46,522 nucleotides of DNA from a bacterium (GCA_009724975.1 SRXB01000001.1:1-46522), one strand, 5' to 3'. Positions 29,268 to 39,239 are shown, counted from the stretch's first letter. Numbers and translations are program-made. The notes: a model not told the origin generated them from the sequence alone.

Positions 29268-30608
29268 ATGGCATTGAGCGGTATCCAGATTTACAAGCTT
29301 CTGCCGCAGACCAACTGCAAAGACTGCGGGGATCCGACCTGCCTGGCTTTCGCAATGAAACTGGCCGCAGGGAAGGCCGAGCTTTCCCAGTGCCCCCACG
29401 TTTCCAGCGAAGCCAAAGACAAACTCGCCGAAGCCAGCGCTCCGCCGATCCGCGTGGTCGAGCTGGGCGAAGGCGCAACCGCCTTCAAAGTCGGCGGCGA
29501 AACCGTCAAGTACCGTCATGAAAAAACCTTCGTCAACCCCACCGGCCTTCTGGTGTTCCTCTCGAACGCCACCGACGCCGCCAAGGTTGACGCCGAGCTC
29601 AAGAGCCTCAACGAAGTGAAGTTCGAGCGCGTCGGCTACACCCTCGCCGCCAACGGCGCCTACCTGCGCGACGCCAAGGGCGACAAGGACTCCTTCCTGG
29701 CCCTGGTCGGCAAAGTCGCCGCCGCCACCCAGAAGGCCATCATAGTCGACTCCGCCAGCGCCGACACCCTCAAGGCCGCCGCCGCCGCCCTCAAGGGCCG
29801 CAAGTTCGCGGTCTCCGGCGCGGGCATCGACGACCTCATCGCCATCTCCAAGGAAACCGGTTGCACCGTCGTCGCCAAGGGCGCCGACATGAACGCCGTT
29901 GCCGACATGGGCGCCAAGCTGGTAGCCGCCGACGTGAAGTCCGCGATAATCGACCCCAGCTGGTCCAACCTTCGCGCCGCCCTCACCGACAACATCGCCG
30001 TCCGCCGCGCCGCCCTCGACAAGAAGCAGCGCGAAGTTGGCTTCCCCACCATCGCGTTCGCCTGCGGCATGACCGACGACTTCTACACCGAGTTCGCCTA
30101 CGCCAACATGCTGCTCGCCAAGTACAGCGGCATCGTTGTCGTCTCCACCCTCGACCCGGCGGCCATCCTGCCCACCACCGTCAACAGGCTCAACATCTTC
30201 ACCGACCCCCAGCGCCCCATGACGATGGACCAGGGCATCTACACCTTCTCCAACCCCGGCCCCGACAGCCCGGTCATCATCACCACCAACTTCGCGCTCA
30301 CCTACTTCGTCGTCAGCGCGGAAATCGAAGCGAGCCGCGTCCCCACCTGGCTCCTCATCATGGACACCGAAGGCATGTCGGTCCTCACCGCATGGTCCGC
30401 CGGCAAGTTCGTCGCCGACGCCATGGCCCCCTTCGTGAAGAAGTCCGGCATAACCGAAAAGGTCGGCCACAAGAAGATAATCATCCCCGGCTACGTGGCC
30501 CAGCTCTCCGGCGAATTCCAGGAAGAGCTCGGCGAGGGCTGGCAGGTTATCATCGGCACCCGCGAGGCCGCCGACCTTCCGAAGTTCCTCAAGGAATACA
30601 AAGGCTAA
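29268..30608 (+). CDS. acsC: Corrinoid iron-sulfur protein large subunit
   Basis: N-terminal 4Fe-4S motif (CKDCGDPTCLAFAMKLAAGKAELSQCP); 446 aa as in Moorella AcsC. Confidence 0.94.
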   Translation: MALSGIQIYKLLPQTNCKDCGDPTCLAFAMKLAAGKAELSQCPHVSSEAKDKLAEASAPPIRVVELGEGATAFKVGGETVKYRHEKTFVNPTGLLVFLSNATDAAKVDAELKSLNEVKFERVGYTLAANGAYLRDAKGDKDSFLALVGKVAAATQKAIIVDSASADTLKAAAAALKGRKFAVSGAGIDDLIAISKETGCTVVAKGADMNAVADMGAKLVAADVKSAIIDPSWSNLRAALTDNIAVRRAALDKKQREVGFPTIAFACGMTDDFYTEFAYANMLLAKYSGIVVVSTLDPAAILPTTVNRLNIFTDPQRPMTMDQGIYTFSNPGPDSPVIITTNFALTYFVVSAEIEASRVPTWLLIMDTEGMSVLTAWSAGKFVADAMAPFVKKSGITEKVGHKKIIIPGYVAQLSGEFQEELGEGWQVIIGTREAADLPKFLKEYKG

Positions 30609-30619
30609 TGTTTTAAAGA

Positions 30620-30653
30620 GGGGAGGCGCATTCCCGCGCCTCCCCCTTTTTTT
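30620..30653 (+). terminator. Strong intrinsic terminator between acsC and acsE
   Basis: 10-bp stem GGGGAGGCGC (30620-30629) / GCGCCTCCCC (30636-30645), 6-nt loop, then C plus TTTTTTT (30647-30653). Confidence 0.7.
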
Positions 30654-30688
30654 CCACTAACACCAAAACCACAACGTGGAGGAAATCC

Positions 30689-31570
30689 ATGAAGATTTAC
30701 ACCATCGCCGAGTCTATAAACATAATGTCAAAGACTATCGGCCCCGCAATCCGCGAGCGCGAAAAAGGCCCCATCCAGAAGATGGCCGAAGAAGAGCTCG
30801 CAGCCGGCGCCGACATGATCGACCTTAACCTCGGACCCGCCCGCAAGGCCGGCGACGAGATGATGGCCTGGCTCGTAGGCGTGGTCCAGGAAGTCAAAAA
30901 AGACGTCCGCCTCGCCCTCGACACCACCAACTCCGCCGCCGTGGCTGCCGGCCTCAAGGTCGTCAACCAGCGCGCCCTCGTCAACTCCGTTACCGCGCAC
31001 CCCACCAGCCTCGCCGAGCGCCTTCCCCTCGTGAAGGAATTCGACGCCGATTTCGTCGCCCTCACCATGAGCGAAGAAGGCATCCCCCGCGACGCCAACG
31101 AGCGCGCCGTGGCCCTCTCCACCATCATGGCTTCCGCCGACGAGCTGGGAATACCCCACGAGCGCTACTGGGTTGACCCCATCGTCCTTCCCGTCTCCGT
31201 AGACATCAACCAGGTGAAGGCCTACATGGAATTCGTGCCGATGATCTCCGCGATCGTCCCCGGCGCCACCAACACCTGCGGCCTCTCCAACGTATCCAAC
31301 GGCGCGCCCGACCACCTGCGCCCGATACTGAACCAGGTCTACCTCCTCATGCTCTACTCGCTGGGCCAGGAATCCGCCATCGTGGACGCCTACGACAAGA
31401 ACATGATGGACCTTTGCCAGGGCAAATGGACCGCCGAAGCCGCCCTCATCCAGAAGCTGATGAACGGCGAAGCCGTCACCGCCACCACCGACCGCGAGAA
31501 GATGCTCGTCAAGACCTTCCGCGTCCTCAACGGCGACGTCCTTTACAGCCACTCCTGGCTCGAAGACTAA
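30689..31570 (+). CDS. acsE: Methyltetrahydrofolate:corrinoid Fe-S protein methyltransferase
   Basis: Pterin-binding barrel (IAESINIMSK, DLNLGP, LDTTN, GLSNVSNG). GGAGG RBS. Confidence 0.92.
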   Translation: MKIYTIAESINIMSKTIGPAIREREKGPIQKMAEEELAAGADMIDLNLGPARKAGDEMMAWLVGVVQEVKKDVRLALDTTNSAAVAAGLKVVNQRALVNSVTAHPTSLAERLPLVKEFDADFVALTMSEEGIPRDANERAVALSTIMASADELGIPHERYWVDPIVLPVSVDINQVKAYMEFVPMISAIVPGATNTCGLSNVSNGAPDHLRPILNQVYLLMLYSLGQESAIVDAYDKNMMDLCQGKWTAEAALIQKLMNGEAVTATTDREKMLVKTFRVLNGDVLYSHSWLED

Positions 31571-31589
31571 TCGGTTTTTCATGAGAAAA

Positions 31590-31621
31590 AGCGCGGGGAA
31601 TACGCCCCGCGCTTTTTTTTG
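31590..31621 (+). terminator. Intrinsic terminator ending the acs cluster
   Basis: Stem AGCGCGGGG / CCCCGCGCT with a short loop, followed by a run of 8 or more T. Confidence 0.8.
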
Positions 31622-31728
31622 CCCGCCTCCCGCCATCGCAATCTACCCTTGACATATGTTTCATTCTCTAAGCATTATTACAAAGATAGCCAAAACAATG
31701 TTTCAGGTCGTAATCTGCGAGGTGTAAA

Positions 31729-32514
31729 GTGGGCAAGCGAAAAAAATCCAGCTATATCATCCAGTCGGTGATGAACGCTCTGGATTTGCTGGAGGAATTC
31801 AGGGGCGACGAGACCGAGCTCGGCGTAACCGAACTCTCCAAGCGCCTAAACCTCCACAAAAACAACGTATTCCGGATACTCGCGACCCTCGAAAGCCGCG
31901 GATACATGGAGCAAAACAAGCTCTCCGGCAACTACCGGCTCGGGCTGCGGGTCCTTGAGCTCGGGCAGGTATTCATCAAACACATGGGCCTTCTCAAAAT
32001 GGCCCGCCCCGTCCTTCGCGAAATAGTGGACCGCGCAAACGAGACCGCCTACCTGGGCCTTATCAGGGAAAATCGCGTGGTTTACGTAGATGTCGTCGAG
32101 GCGCAGCGTCCGGTCCGCGTGGTTTCCCGCGTCGGCGTCGGCCTGCCCGTATATGCCTCCGCCGTTGGCAAAGTGCAGATCGCCTACGAATCCGCCGATG
32201 AAATCGACGCCGTCCTTGAAGGCCCTCTGACCCCCTTCACCCCGAAAACCATAATAGACCGCGCCGAACTCAGAACCCACCTTGAAAAGGTTCACCAGCA
32301 GGGCTACGCCATCGACGACGAAGAATACGACGACGGCATACGTTGCGTCGCAGTTCCGATTCACGACTACACCCGCCGGGTAATAGCCGGCCTTTCAATT
32401 TCGGGCCCCGCCTATCGTTTCACTGACGAAAGGCTTGAGAAGGAGCTCATACCCCTCGCCCTTGAGGCCGGAAAGCGCCTCTCGGAGAGGCTCGGGTACG
32501 ATACCTCGCTCTAG
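31729..32514 (+). CDS. IclR-family transcriptional regulator
   Basis: N-terminal wHTH (IQSVMNALDLLEEF, GVTELSKRLNLHKNNVFRILATLESRGYMEQ) and a C-terminal IclR effector domain. GTG start. Confidence 0.88.
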   Translation: MGKRKKSSYIIQSVMNALDLLEEFRGDETELGVTELSKRLNLHKNNVFRILATLESRGYMEQNKLSGNYRLGLRVLELGQVFIKHMGLLKMARPVLREIVDRANETAYLGLIRENRVVYVDVVEAQRPVRVVSRVGVGLPVYASAVGKVQIAYESADEIDAVLEGPLTPFTPKTIIDRAELRTHLEKVHQQGYAIDDEEYDDGIRCVAVPIHDYTRRVIAGLSISGPAYRFTDERLEKELIPLALEAGKRLSERLGYDTSL

Positions 32515-32563
32515 CAGATTCTTTAACAACGCTAAAGAGGTTTTATCAGGGCTTAAGTAGCGC

Positions 32564-32592
32564 TTGACCCCAGGGGAAAGTGCGCCTAAAAT
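32564..32592 (+). promoter_or_regulatory. Candidate sigma70-type promoter for the XRE-cupin regulator (and possibly the downstream operon)
   Basis: TTGACC (32564-32569), 17-nt spacer, TAAAAT (32587-32592). Confidence 0.45.
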
Positions 32593-32634
32593 GGCTTTCC
32601 TGCCATCTGTCGGCAGTTAAAATGGAGTTTTGCA

Positions 32635-33261
32635 GTGAAGGCAAAGACGCCAGCCGCGCCAAAGAGGAAAAAGGTCGAGGAAAGCGCTGAGGATTTCGCT
32701 ATAGGAGCCAAAATCAAGGCCCTGCGAACCTCCATGAAAAAGACCCTTCAGGAAGTGGCCAATGAAACCGGGTTTTCGCCCGCCCTCATCTCGCAGATAG
32801 AAAACAACAACGTATCCCCGCCCATCGCGACCCTCTCGAAAATCGCAAAGGTGCTGGGAGTTCGGGTTGGCTACTTTTTCAAGGACGACAGCGGCCCCGA
32901 CTGCGCCTACGAAGTTCTCCGCTCCGCCGACAGGCCCCTCATATCAAAGGTCATATCGGCGACTGGGGGTCGACATGGCTACATCTACCACGCGCTCACC
33001 CACAGAAAGCGCGACAAGCTGATGGAGCCCTTCATGCTGGCCGTCTCCCCGAACATGCGGGATGACGAAGAGCTATACTCGCACGAGGGGGAGGAATTTC
33101 TTCTGGTGATGGAAGGAGAGGCCGAGATAATTCTCGACAAAGAGAGGATCATCCTCGGAGAAGGCGACGCCGTTTATTTCGAGTCGAGCATCAAGCACAG
33201 GCTTCTTTGCAAGGGAAGCCGCGAGGCCAAGGTTCTGGCCGTTCTGTGCCGTGGCAGCTGA
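32635..33261 (+). CDS. XRE-family HTH plus cupin-domain transcriptional regulator
   Basis: HTH_3 region (IKALRTSMKKTLQEVANETGFSPALISQIENN) and a C-terminal cupin (GEEFLLVMEGEAEI, GDAVYFESSIKHRL). GTG start with GGAG 7 nt upstream. Confidence 0.88.
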   Translation: MKAKTPAAPKRKKVEESAEDFAIGAKIKALRTSMKKTLQEVANETGFSPALISQIENNNVSPPIATLSKIAKVLGVRVGYFFKDDSGPDCAYEVLRSADRPLISKVISATGGRHGYIYHALTHRKRDKLMEPFMLAVSPNMRDDEELYSHEGEEFLLVMEGEAEIILDKERIILGEGDAVYFESSIKHRLLCKGSREAKVLAVLCRGS

Positions 33262-33277
33262 CGATACGGAGTGTGAA

Positions 33278-33490
33278 GTGGAATTAGCGAAAAAGAAAAA
33301 AATCGCAGCCTCGATAGCCGCGATACTGCATTATGAGAGCGAACGCGCGATGGAGCCGGTAGTTCCCGACCTCGCCCCGGCCCAGGCCTCTGTCGCTCAG
33401 CGGTCCATACCGCTTTGGAGCGCCGCCGGAAGGCAAGAGCAGATGTCGATGAGGGTTTTCCTCCAAAAAAGAATGATGAAAGCCTGGTAG
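33278..33490 (+). CDS. Small OadG-like protein lacking a TM helix (hypothetical)
   Basis: Codon usage is consistent with neighbouring genes. IAASIAAILHYE and S.PLWSAAGRQEQM resemble, from memory, the conserved C-terminal region of OadG/MmdD decarboxylase small subunits. Sits directly upstream of the OadA-like gene. Start is ambiguous (GTG 33251 or GTG 33278). Confidence 0.45.
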   Translation: MELAKKKKIAASIAAILHYESERAMEPVVPDLAPAQASVAQRSIPLWSAAGRQEQMSMRVFLQKRMMKAW

Positions 33491-33547
33491 CGTCGACAAG
33501 ACGCCCGCACGAAAATACCTTTCTCGAATAATAAAAAGGAGCGCCAA

Positions 33548-35497
33548 ATGGCAAAAACGGCGAAAAATCCGCTTAAAATCACAGACCTGACCTTCCGCGA
33601 CGGCCACCAGTCCCTCTTTGCCACCCGCATGCGCACCGAGGACATCGAGGCGATAGCCGAGGCCGCCGGCAAGGCCGGATACCACGCCATGGAAGTCTGG
33701 GGCGGCGCCACCTATGACACAATGCATCGCTTTTTGGGCGAGGACCCTTGGAAAAGGCCGAAAATCCTCCGCAATTACGTTCCCAAAAAGGTGAAGTTCC
33801 AGATGCTCCTTCGCGGCCAGAACCTTGTAGGCTACCGCAATTACGCCGATGACGTGGCCGTGGCTTTCGTTGACGAGGCCTGCGAAGCCGGAGTCGAGAT
33901 TTTCCGCATCTTCGACGCCCTAAACGACGAGCGCAACTTCGAAACGGCCGCCAAGGCCGTCAAGAAGAACAAGATGCACTTCCAGGCGGCCCTCTCCTAC
34001 ACCGTCATCGGCAACAAGATGGGCGGCGAGATATTCACCAAGGATTACTGGGTGAAAAAGGCGAAAATCTTCGCCCAGATGGGCGCGGATTCCATCTGCA
34101 TAAAGGACATGGCCGGCCTTCTTTCCCCCGACGACGCCTTTGAGCTGATCACCGCCCTCAAAAAAGCGGTGAAGCTGCCGATAGAGCTTCATTGCCACAC
34201 CACTTCCGGCATGGCCGAATACACCTTCCTCAAGGCCATCGAGGCGGGGGTGGATATCCTCGACACCTGCTCCGCGCCTTTCGCCAACCGCACCAGCCAC
34301 CCAGCGGTAGAGCCAATAGTCGCCATGCTTCGCGGCACCGAGCGCGATACCGGCATAGATTTCAAGAAGCTGGAGGAGATTTCCGACTATCTTGAATCCA
34401 TAGCCCCGAAATACAAGCACCTGCTCGACGACACCCGCCTGGCGGTTGTTGATATCGGCGTTCTCTCGCACCAGGTCCCCGGCGGCATGCTCTCCAACCT
34501 CGTCAACCAGCTCAGGCAGGCTGGCGCGGAAGATAAATTGTCGATGGTTTTTGAAGAGCTTCCCCGCGTCAGAAAAGACCTCGGCTTCCCACCCCTCGTA
34601 ACTCCCACCAGCCAGATTGTCGGAGTTCAGGCGGTTCAAAACGTCCTTTTCGGCGCGCCCGGCTCGATAGAGAAGCGCTATAAGATGATTTCGGCGCAGG
34701 TCAAGGACTACTGCTACGGCCTCTACGGCCAGCCCCCGGGCGAAGTGAACGAAGAGCTTCGCTCTCTCGCGCTCAAGGGCTACCCAAGGGGCGAAAAGCC
34801 GATAACCTGCCGACCCGCCGACATACTTGAGCCGGAACTGGCCAAGGCCAAGGAGGAGATCGGAGATCTGGCCAAAGACAAAAAAGACCTTCTCCTTTAC
34901 ACGCTCTTCCCCACCACCGGCAAAAAATTCCTTGCGGTGCGCGAGGGCAGGGAGGCCGCTCCCGCCGAGTGGAAGGCCCGCACCCTTGAAGACGCGAAAA
35001 GGGAAGACGAGCTGGTGAAAAAAGCCAAGGCCGGACTTCTGGTGGAGAAGAAGGATCCGCCGAAGGTCGGCGCTAACGCCAGAACCTATCAGGTTTACGT
35101 CGAAGGCGAGCACTTCGAGGTGGCGGTGGAGGGAGACAACCTCGGCGCGCCCATAATCACCTCTGTCGTGCCCTCGGCGGCTCCGGCTCCGGCAGCCGCT
35201 CCGGTGGCCGCGCCAGTCGCCGCCGCCCCAAAGGCCGCTCCCGCCAAGGCCCCGGCCAAGCCTGTCGCCTCAGCGCCGGCGGGCGCCGGAACCCTAAGCG
35301 CGCCCATGCCCGGCCTTATCGTGGATTACAGGGTGAAGGTCGGCGATGTAGTTAAAGCTGGCGACGTAGTGGTCATCCTTGAAGCGATGAAGATGGAAAA
35401 CAGCCTTGAGGCCCCCGCTTCCGGCACCGTGACCGAGATTTTCTACAAGAAGGGCGACACCGTCTCCAAAGACGCGGCCCTTCTCGCAATAGCCTGA
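33548..35497 (+). CDS. Carboxyltransferase 5S subunit (OadA/PycB-like) fused to a C-terminal biotinyl carrier domain
   Basis: ITDLTFRDGHQS start, HMGL-like barrel, Pro/Ala linker (APAPAAAPVAAPVAAAPKAAPAKAPAKP) and the biotinylation motif EAMKMEN (Lys codon 35390-35392). Confidence 0.92.
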   Translation: MAKTAKNPLKITDLTFRDGHQSLFATRMRTEDIEAIAEAAGKAGYHAMEVWGGATYDTMHRFLGEDPWKRPKILRNYVPKKVKFQMLLRGQNLVGYRNYADDVAVAFVDEACEAGVEIFRIFDALNDERNFETAAKAVKKNKMHFQAALSYTVIGNKMGGEIFTKDYWVKKAKIFAQMGADSICIKDMAGLLSPDDAFELITALKKAVKLPIELHCHTTSGMAEYTFLKAIEAGVDILDTCSAPFANRTSHPAVEPIVAMLRGTERDTGIDFKKLEEISDYLESIAPKYKHLLDDTRLAVVDIGVLSHQVPGGMLSNLVNQLRQAGAEDKLSMVFEELPRVRKDLGFPPLVTPTSQIVGVQAVQNVLFGAPGSIEKRYKMISAQVKDYCYGLYGQPPGEVNEELRSLALKGYPRGEKPITCRPADILEPELAKAKEEIGDLAKDKKDLLLYTLFPTTGKKFLAVREGREAAPAEWKARTLEDAKREDELVKKAKAGLLVEKKDPPKVGANARTYQVYVEGEHFEVAVEGDNLGAPIITSVVPSAAPAPAAAPVAAPVAAAPKAAPAKAPAKPVASAPAGAGTLSAPMPGLIVDYRVKVGDVVKAGDVVVILEAMKMENSLEAPASGTVTEIFYKKGDTVSKDAALLAIA

Positions 35498-35524
35498 GAA
35501 TTCTAATTACAAAGGAGAGAGGTC

Positions 35525-37078
35525 ATGGCGACCCTTCAGGACAAATTCGATCTTCTAAATAAGAAGAACGCCGAGGCCGAGGCCGGAGGCGGGCCCGAAC
35601 GCGAGGCCAAGCACAAGGCCAGGGGGAAGCTCACCGCCCGCGAACGCCTGAACCGATTCTTCGATGACGGCTCCTTCGTCGAGGTGGACAAGTTCGTAAC
35701 CCACCAGTGCAAGAACTTCGGCATGGAAAAGCAGCTTTTCCTTGGCGACGGCGTAATAACGGGATTCGGAACCGTAGGCGGCAGATATGTTTACGCCTAC
35801 GCGCAGGATTTCAACGTCATCGGCGGCTCGATGTCCAAGACGATGGCGCAGAAAATCTGCAAGGTCATGGACATGGCCCTCAAGAACGGCGCGCCCTTCG
35901 TCGGCTTCAACGATTCCGGCGGAGCGCGAATACAGGAGGGAGTCGGATCCCTCGCCGGCTACGCCGACATCTTTCACCGCAACGTAATGAGCTCGGGCGT
36001 CGTCCCGCAGATTTCAGCCATCATCGGCACCTGCGCCGGGGGCGCGGTTTACAGCCCAGCCCTCACCGACTTCATTTACATGGTGGACGGCTCCAGCCAC
36101 ATGTTCATCACCGGCCCCAAGGTGATAAAGTCCGTCACCAACGAAGACGTCACCATGGACGACCTGGGCGGCGCCGCTGTTCACAACTCCACCTCCGGCG
36201 TGGCGCACTTCAATTCCGTCAGCGACGAGGACCTGATCGACCAGATCAAATACCTCCTCTCCTTCCTCCCCTCCAACAACGTGGAAGATCCGCCCTTCGT
36301 CGCCACTGACGACCCTTCCACGAGGAAGCTCACCGAAATCAACGATCTCGTGCCGCCCAATCCCAACAAGGGCTACGACATGAAGGCGATAATAACCTCG
36401 ATGGCAGATAACGGCGCTTTTTACGAGGTACACGCCAGCTACGCCCCCAACATCGTCGTCGGTTTCGCCAGAATGGGCGGGCAGGTGGTGGGAATCGTAG
36501 CCAACCAGCCGATGCACCTCGCGGGCTGCCTTGATTGCGACGCATCAATGAAGGGCGCGCGCTTCGTGCGCTTTTGCGACGCCTTCAACATCCCCATCAT
36601 CACCCTCGAAGACGTGCCGGGCTACCTCCCGGGCACCGACCAGGAATACAAGGGCATCATCAAACACGGCGCGAAGCTCATCTACGCCTATTCCGAAGCG
36701 ACGGTACCCAAAATCACCGTCATCACCCGCAAGGCTTACGGCGGGGCCTACTGCGTCATGAGCTCCAAGCACCTTCGCGGCGACCTCAACCTCGCCTACC
36801 CCACAGCGGAGATCGCCGTCATGGGGCCGCAGGGCGCGGTGGACATAATCTTCGCCAAGGAAATTTCCGCCGCCGAAGACAAGAAGGCCGCCCGTCAGCA
36901 GAAAATCGACGATTACACCGAGCAGTTCGCCAACCCATACAGAGCGGCGGAACTAGGCTACATCGACGAAGTGATAATGCCCGAAGACACCCGAATCCGC
37001 ATAATTCAGGGACTTATGGCTCTGAAAAACAAGCGCGATTCCAACCCGCCCAGAAAACACGGAAACATTCCGCTTTAA
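35525..37078 (+). CDS. Methylmalonyl-CoA carboxyltransferase 12S subunit / propionyl-CoA carboxylase beta family
   Basis: Full-length AccD/PccB-type double crotonase fold (GKLTARERL, DSGGARIQEG, FITGP, ANQP, RKAYGGAY). Confidence 0.93.
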   Translation: MATLQDKFDLLNKKNAEAEAGGGPEREAKHKARGKLTARERLNRFFDDGSFVEVDKFVTHQCKNFGMEKQLFLGDGVITGFGTVGGRYVYAYAQDFNVIGGSMSKTMAQKICKVMDMALKNGAPFVGFNDSGGARIQEGVGSLAGYADIFHRNVMSSGVVPQISAIIGTCAGGAVYSPALTDFIYMVDGSSHMFITGPKVIKSVTNEDVTMDDLGGAAVHNSTSGVAHFNSVSDEDLIDQIKYLLSFLPSNNVEDPPFVATDDPSTRKLTEINDLVPPNPNKGYDMKAIITSMADNGAFYEVHASYAPNIVVGFARMGGQVVGIVANQPMHLAGCLDCDASMKGARFVRFCDAFNIPIITLEDVPGYLPGTDQEYKGIIKHGAKLIYAYSEATVPKITVITRKAYGGAYCVMSSKHLRGDLNLAYPTAEIAVMGPQGAVDIIFAKEISAAEDKKAARQQKIDDYTEQFANPYRAAELGYIDEVIMPEDTRIRIIQGLMALKNKRDSNPPRKHGNIPL

Positions 37079-37150
37079 ATGGCGGCCTGAATAAAAACCC
37101 ACCGGCAGGCGGGCAAGTGCGTACGCGCCGGACAAATTTTGGAGCAAAAG

Positions 37151-38815
37151 ATGAGTCGGGACGATTTCAAGGCCAAATTCGAGAAATGGGAGCAGGGGCC
37201 GATAGCAAAAACCCTCTCCAAATCGCCGGAGAGAAAGCCGGTCTTCCTCACCACCTCCGGCAACGAAATGAAGCGTGCCTTCACCCCCCTCGACATCGCC
37301 GAAGAGGGTCGCCTTACAGAGGAGCTGGGCCTTCCGGGAGAATACCCGTTCACAAGGGGAGTCCAGCCCAACATGTACCGAGGGCGCTTTTGGACGATGC
37401 GCCAGTACGCCGGTTTCGGCACCGCAGAGCAGACCAACGAGCGCTACAAATACCTTCTCTCACAGGGTCAGACCGGCCTTAGCGTAGCCTTCGACCTGCC
37501 AACGCAGATCGGCTACGACTCCGATCACGGACTGGCCGAGGGCGAGGTGGGCAAGGTCGGCGTGGCGGTAGACTCCTTGCGCGACGTGGAGATACTCTTC
37601 GACGGAATACCGCTCGACCAGGTCTCCACCTCCATGACGATAAACTCCCCAGCCGCCGTCCTTCTGGCCATGTACATCGCCGTGGCGGAAAAGCAGGGCG
37701 TCGCCAAGGAGAAGCTCAACGGCACTATCCAGAACGACCTTTTGAAAGAATACATCGCCCGAGGCACCTACATCTTCCCCCCGCAGCCGAGCCTCAAGGT
37801 CATCACCGACATAATGGCCTACTGCAAGGAAAACGTCCCCCAGTGGAACACCATCTCCATCTCCGGCTACCACATCCGCGAGGCGGGCTCCTCGGCTGTG
37901 CAGGAGGTGGCGTTCACACTGGCCAACGGCATGACCTACGTGCAGGCCGCCCTCGACGCGGGTCTCGACATCGACGAATTCGCGGGTCGCCTCAGCTTCT
38001 TTTTCAACTGCCACAACAACCTCCTTGAAGAGGTCGCCAAATTCCGCGCCGCCAGAAGAATGTGGGCGAAGATAATGAAAGAGCGGTTCAAGGCAAAAAG
38101 CGCCCGCTCGATGATGCTTCGCTTCCATACCCAGACAGCCGGATGCTCGCTCACCGCCCAGCAGCCCGACAACAACATCGTACGCGTAACCATACAGGCT
38201 TTGGCGGCGGTCCTCGGCGGCACACAGTCACTCCACACCAACTCCCGCGACGAGGCCCTTTGCCTGCCCACCGAAGAGGCGGTCCGCATCGCCCTTCGCA
38301 CCCAGCAGGTAATAGCCTACGAATCGGGCGTCGCCGACACCGTCGACCCCTTCGCCGGTTCCTACGCCGTAGAGGCGCTGACCGACGAGATAGAAAAGAA
38401 AGCCTTTGAATACATAGCCAAAATCGAGGCGCTTGGCGGAGTAGTCCGCGCCATCGAAGCCGGCTACATCCAAAAAGAGATCGCCGATTCCGCATACCAG
38501 TACCAGCGCGGTATCGAAACCGGCGACAACATCGTGGTGGGCGTAAACAAATTCACCATCAAGGAAGAGGGGCTCAAAAACCTCCTTCGCGTCGACAAGG
38601 CCGTCGAGGAATTCCAGCGCCAGAAGACCGCCAAAGTCCGCGCCGAAAGAAACGCCGCCGCAACCGCCGCCGCACTGGACAAACTTCGCAAGACCGCCGT
38701 GGATGGCGGCAATGTCGTAACCCCGATTTTTGACGCCGTCAAGACCTACGCCACGCTGGGAGAGATTTGCGATACCCTGCGCGGCGTCTACGGCGAATAC
38801 ACCGAAGCCGGTTAA
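37151..38815 (+). CDS. Methylmalonyl-CoA mutase, catalytic (N-terminal barrel) subunit
   Basis: [62 protein letters not shown] 37151 has GGAG 6 nt upstream and is preferred over the TTG at 37139. Confidence 0.93.
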   Translation: MSRDDFKAKFEKWEQGPIAKTLSKSPERKPVFLTTSGNEMKRAFTPLDIAEEGRLTEELGLPGEYPFTRGVQPNMYRGRFWTMRQYAGFGTAEQTNERYKYLLSQGQTGLSVAFDLPTQIGYDSDHGLAEGEVGKVGVAVDSLRDVEILFDGIPLDQVSTSMTINSPAAVLLAMYIAVAEKQGVAKEKLNGTIQNDLLKEYIARGTYIFPPQPSLKVITDIMAYCKENVPQWNTISISGYHIREAGSSAVQEVAFTLANGMTYVQAALDAGLDIDEFAGRLSFFFNCHNNLLEEVAKFRAARRMWAKIMKERFKAKSARSMMLRFHTQTAGCSLTAQQPDNNIVRVTIQALAAVLGGTQSLHTNSRDEALCLPTEEAVRIALRTQQVIAYESGVADTVDPFAGSYAVEALTDEIEKKAFEYIAKIEALGGVVRAIEAGYIQKEIADSAYQYQRGIETGDNIVVGVNKFTIKEEGLKNLLRVDKAVEEFQRQKTAKVRAERNAAATAAALDKLRKTAVDGGNVVTPIFDAVKTYATLGEICDTLRGVYGEYTEAG

Positions 38816-38832
38816 GGCGGGAGGAAGAGAAA

Positions 38833-39228
38833 ATGCAAAAGAAGCTTAGAGTCCTCATAGCCAAGCCCGGCCTCGACGGCCACGACCGCGGCGCAAAGGT
38901 AGTCGCGCGCGCCCTTCGAGACGCCGGCATGGAAGTCATCTACACCGGCATCCGCCAGACCCCCGAAGCGATAGTTACAGCCGCGATACAGGAAGATGTC
39001 GACGTAATCGGCCTTTCCTGCCTCTCGGGCGCGCACAATGTCCTCTTCCCCAAAGTTTCGGAGGGGCTTAAGGCAAAGGGCAAGGGCGACGCCCTACTCT
39101 TCGGCGGCGGCATCATACCCGCCGAAGATATAGCGGGGCTGAAAGCGGCGGGCTTCGCCGAGATTTTTCTCCCCGGCACCGACACCGGTGATGTAGTGAA
39201 ATTCATCAACGAAAACCTACGCAGATAG
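38833..39228 (+). CDS. Methylmalonyl-CoA mutase, B12-binding subunit
   Basis: DxHxxG cobalamin motif ([11 protein letters not shown]), GLSCLSGAH, and GGGIIP; 131 aa. The internal ATG at 38833 has a GGAGG-type RBS, and the upstream part of the track ORF overlaps the large subunit. Confidence 0.92.
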   Translation: MQKKLRVLIAKPGLDGHDRGAKVVARALRDAGMEVIYTGIRQTPEAIVTAAIQEDVDVIGLSCLSGAHNVLFPKVSEGLKAKGKGDALLFGGGIIPAEDIAGLKAAGFAEIFLPGTDTGDVVKFINENLRR

Positions 39229-39239
39229 GAGAGGGCAAA

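Noticed and set aside
36535-37482. A 315-aa Arg/Pro/Gly-rich same-strand ORF spanning the end of the 12S gene and the start of the mutase gene. Similar off-frame ORFs occur at 29861-30616, 20612-21088 and 35707-36309.
   Set aside because: These are alternative frames of strongly supported genes. Their composition (poly-R/P/H) is characteristic of frame-shifted GC-rich coding sequence, and I see no evidence for recoding signals.
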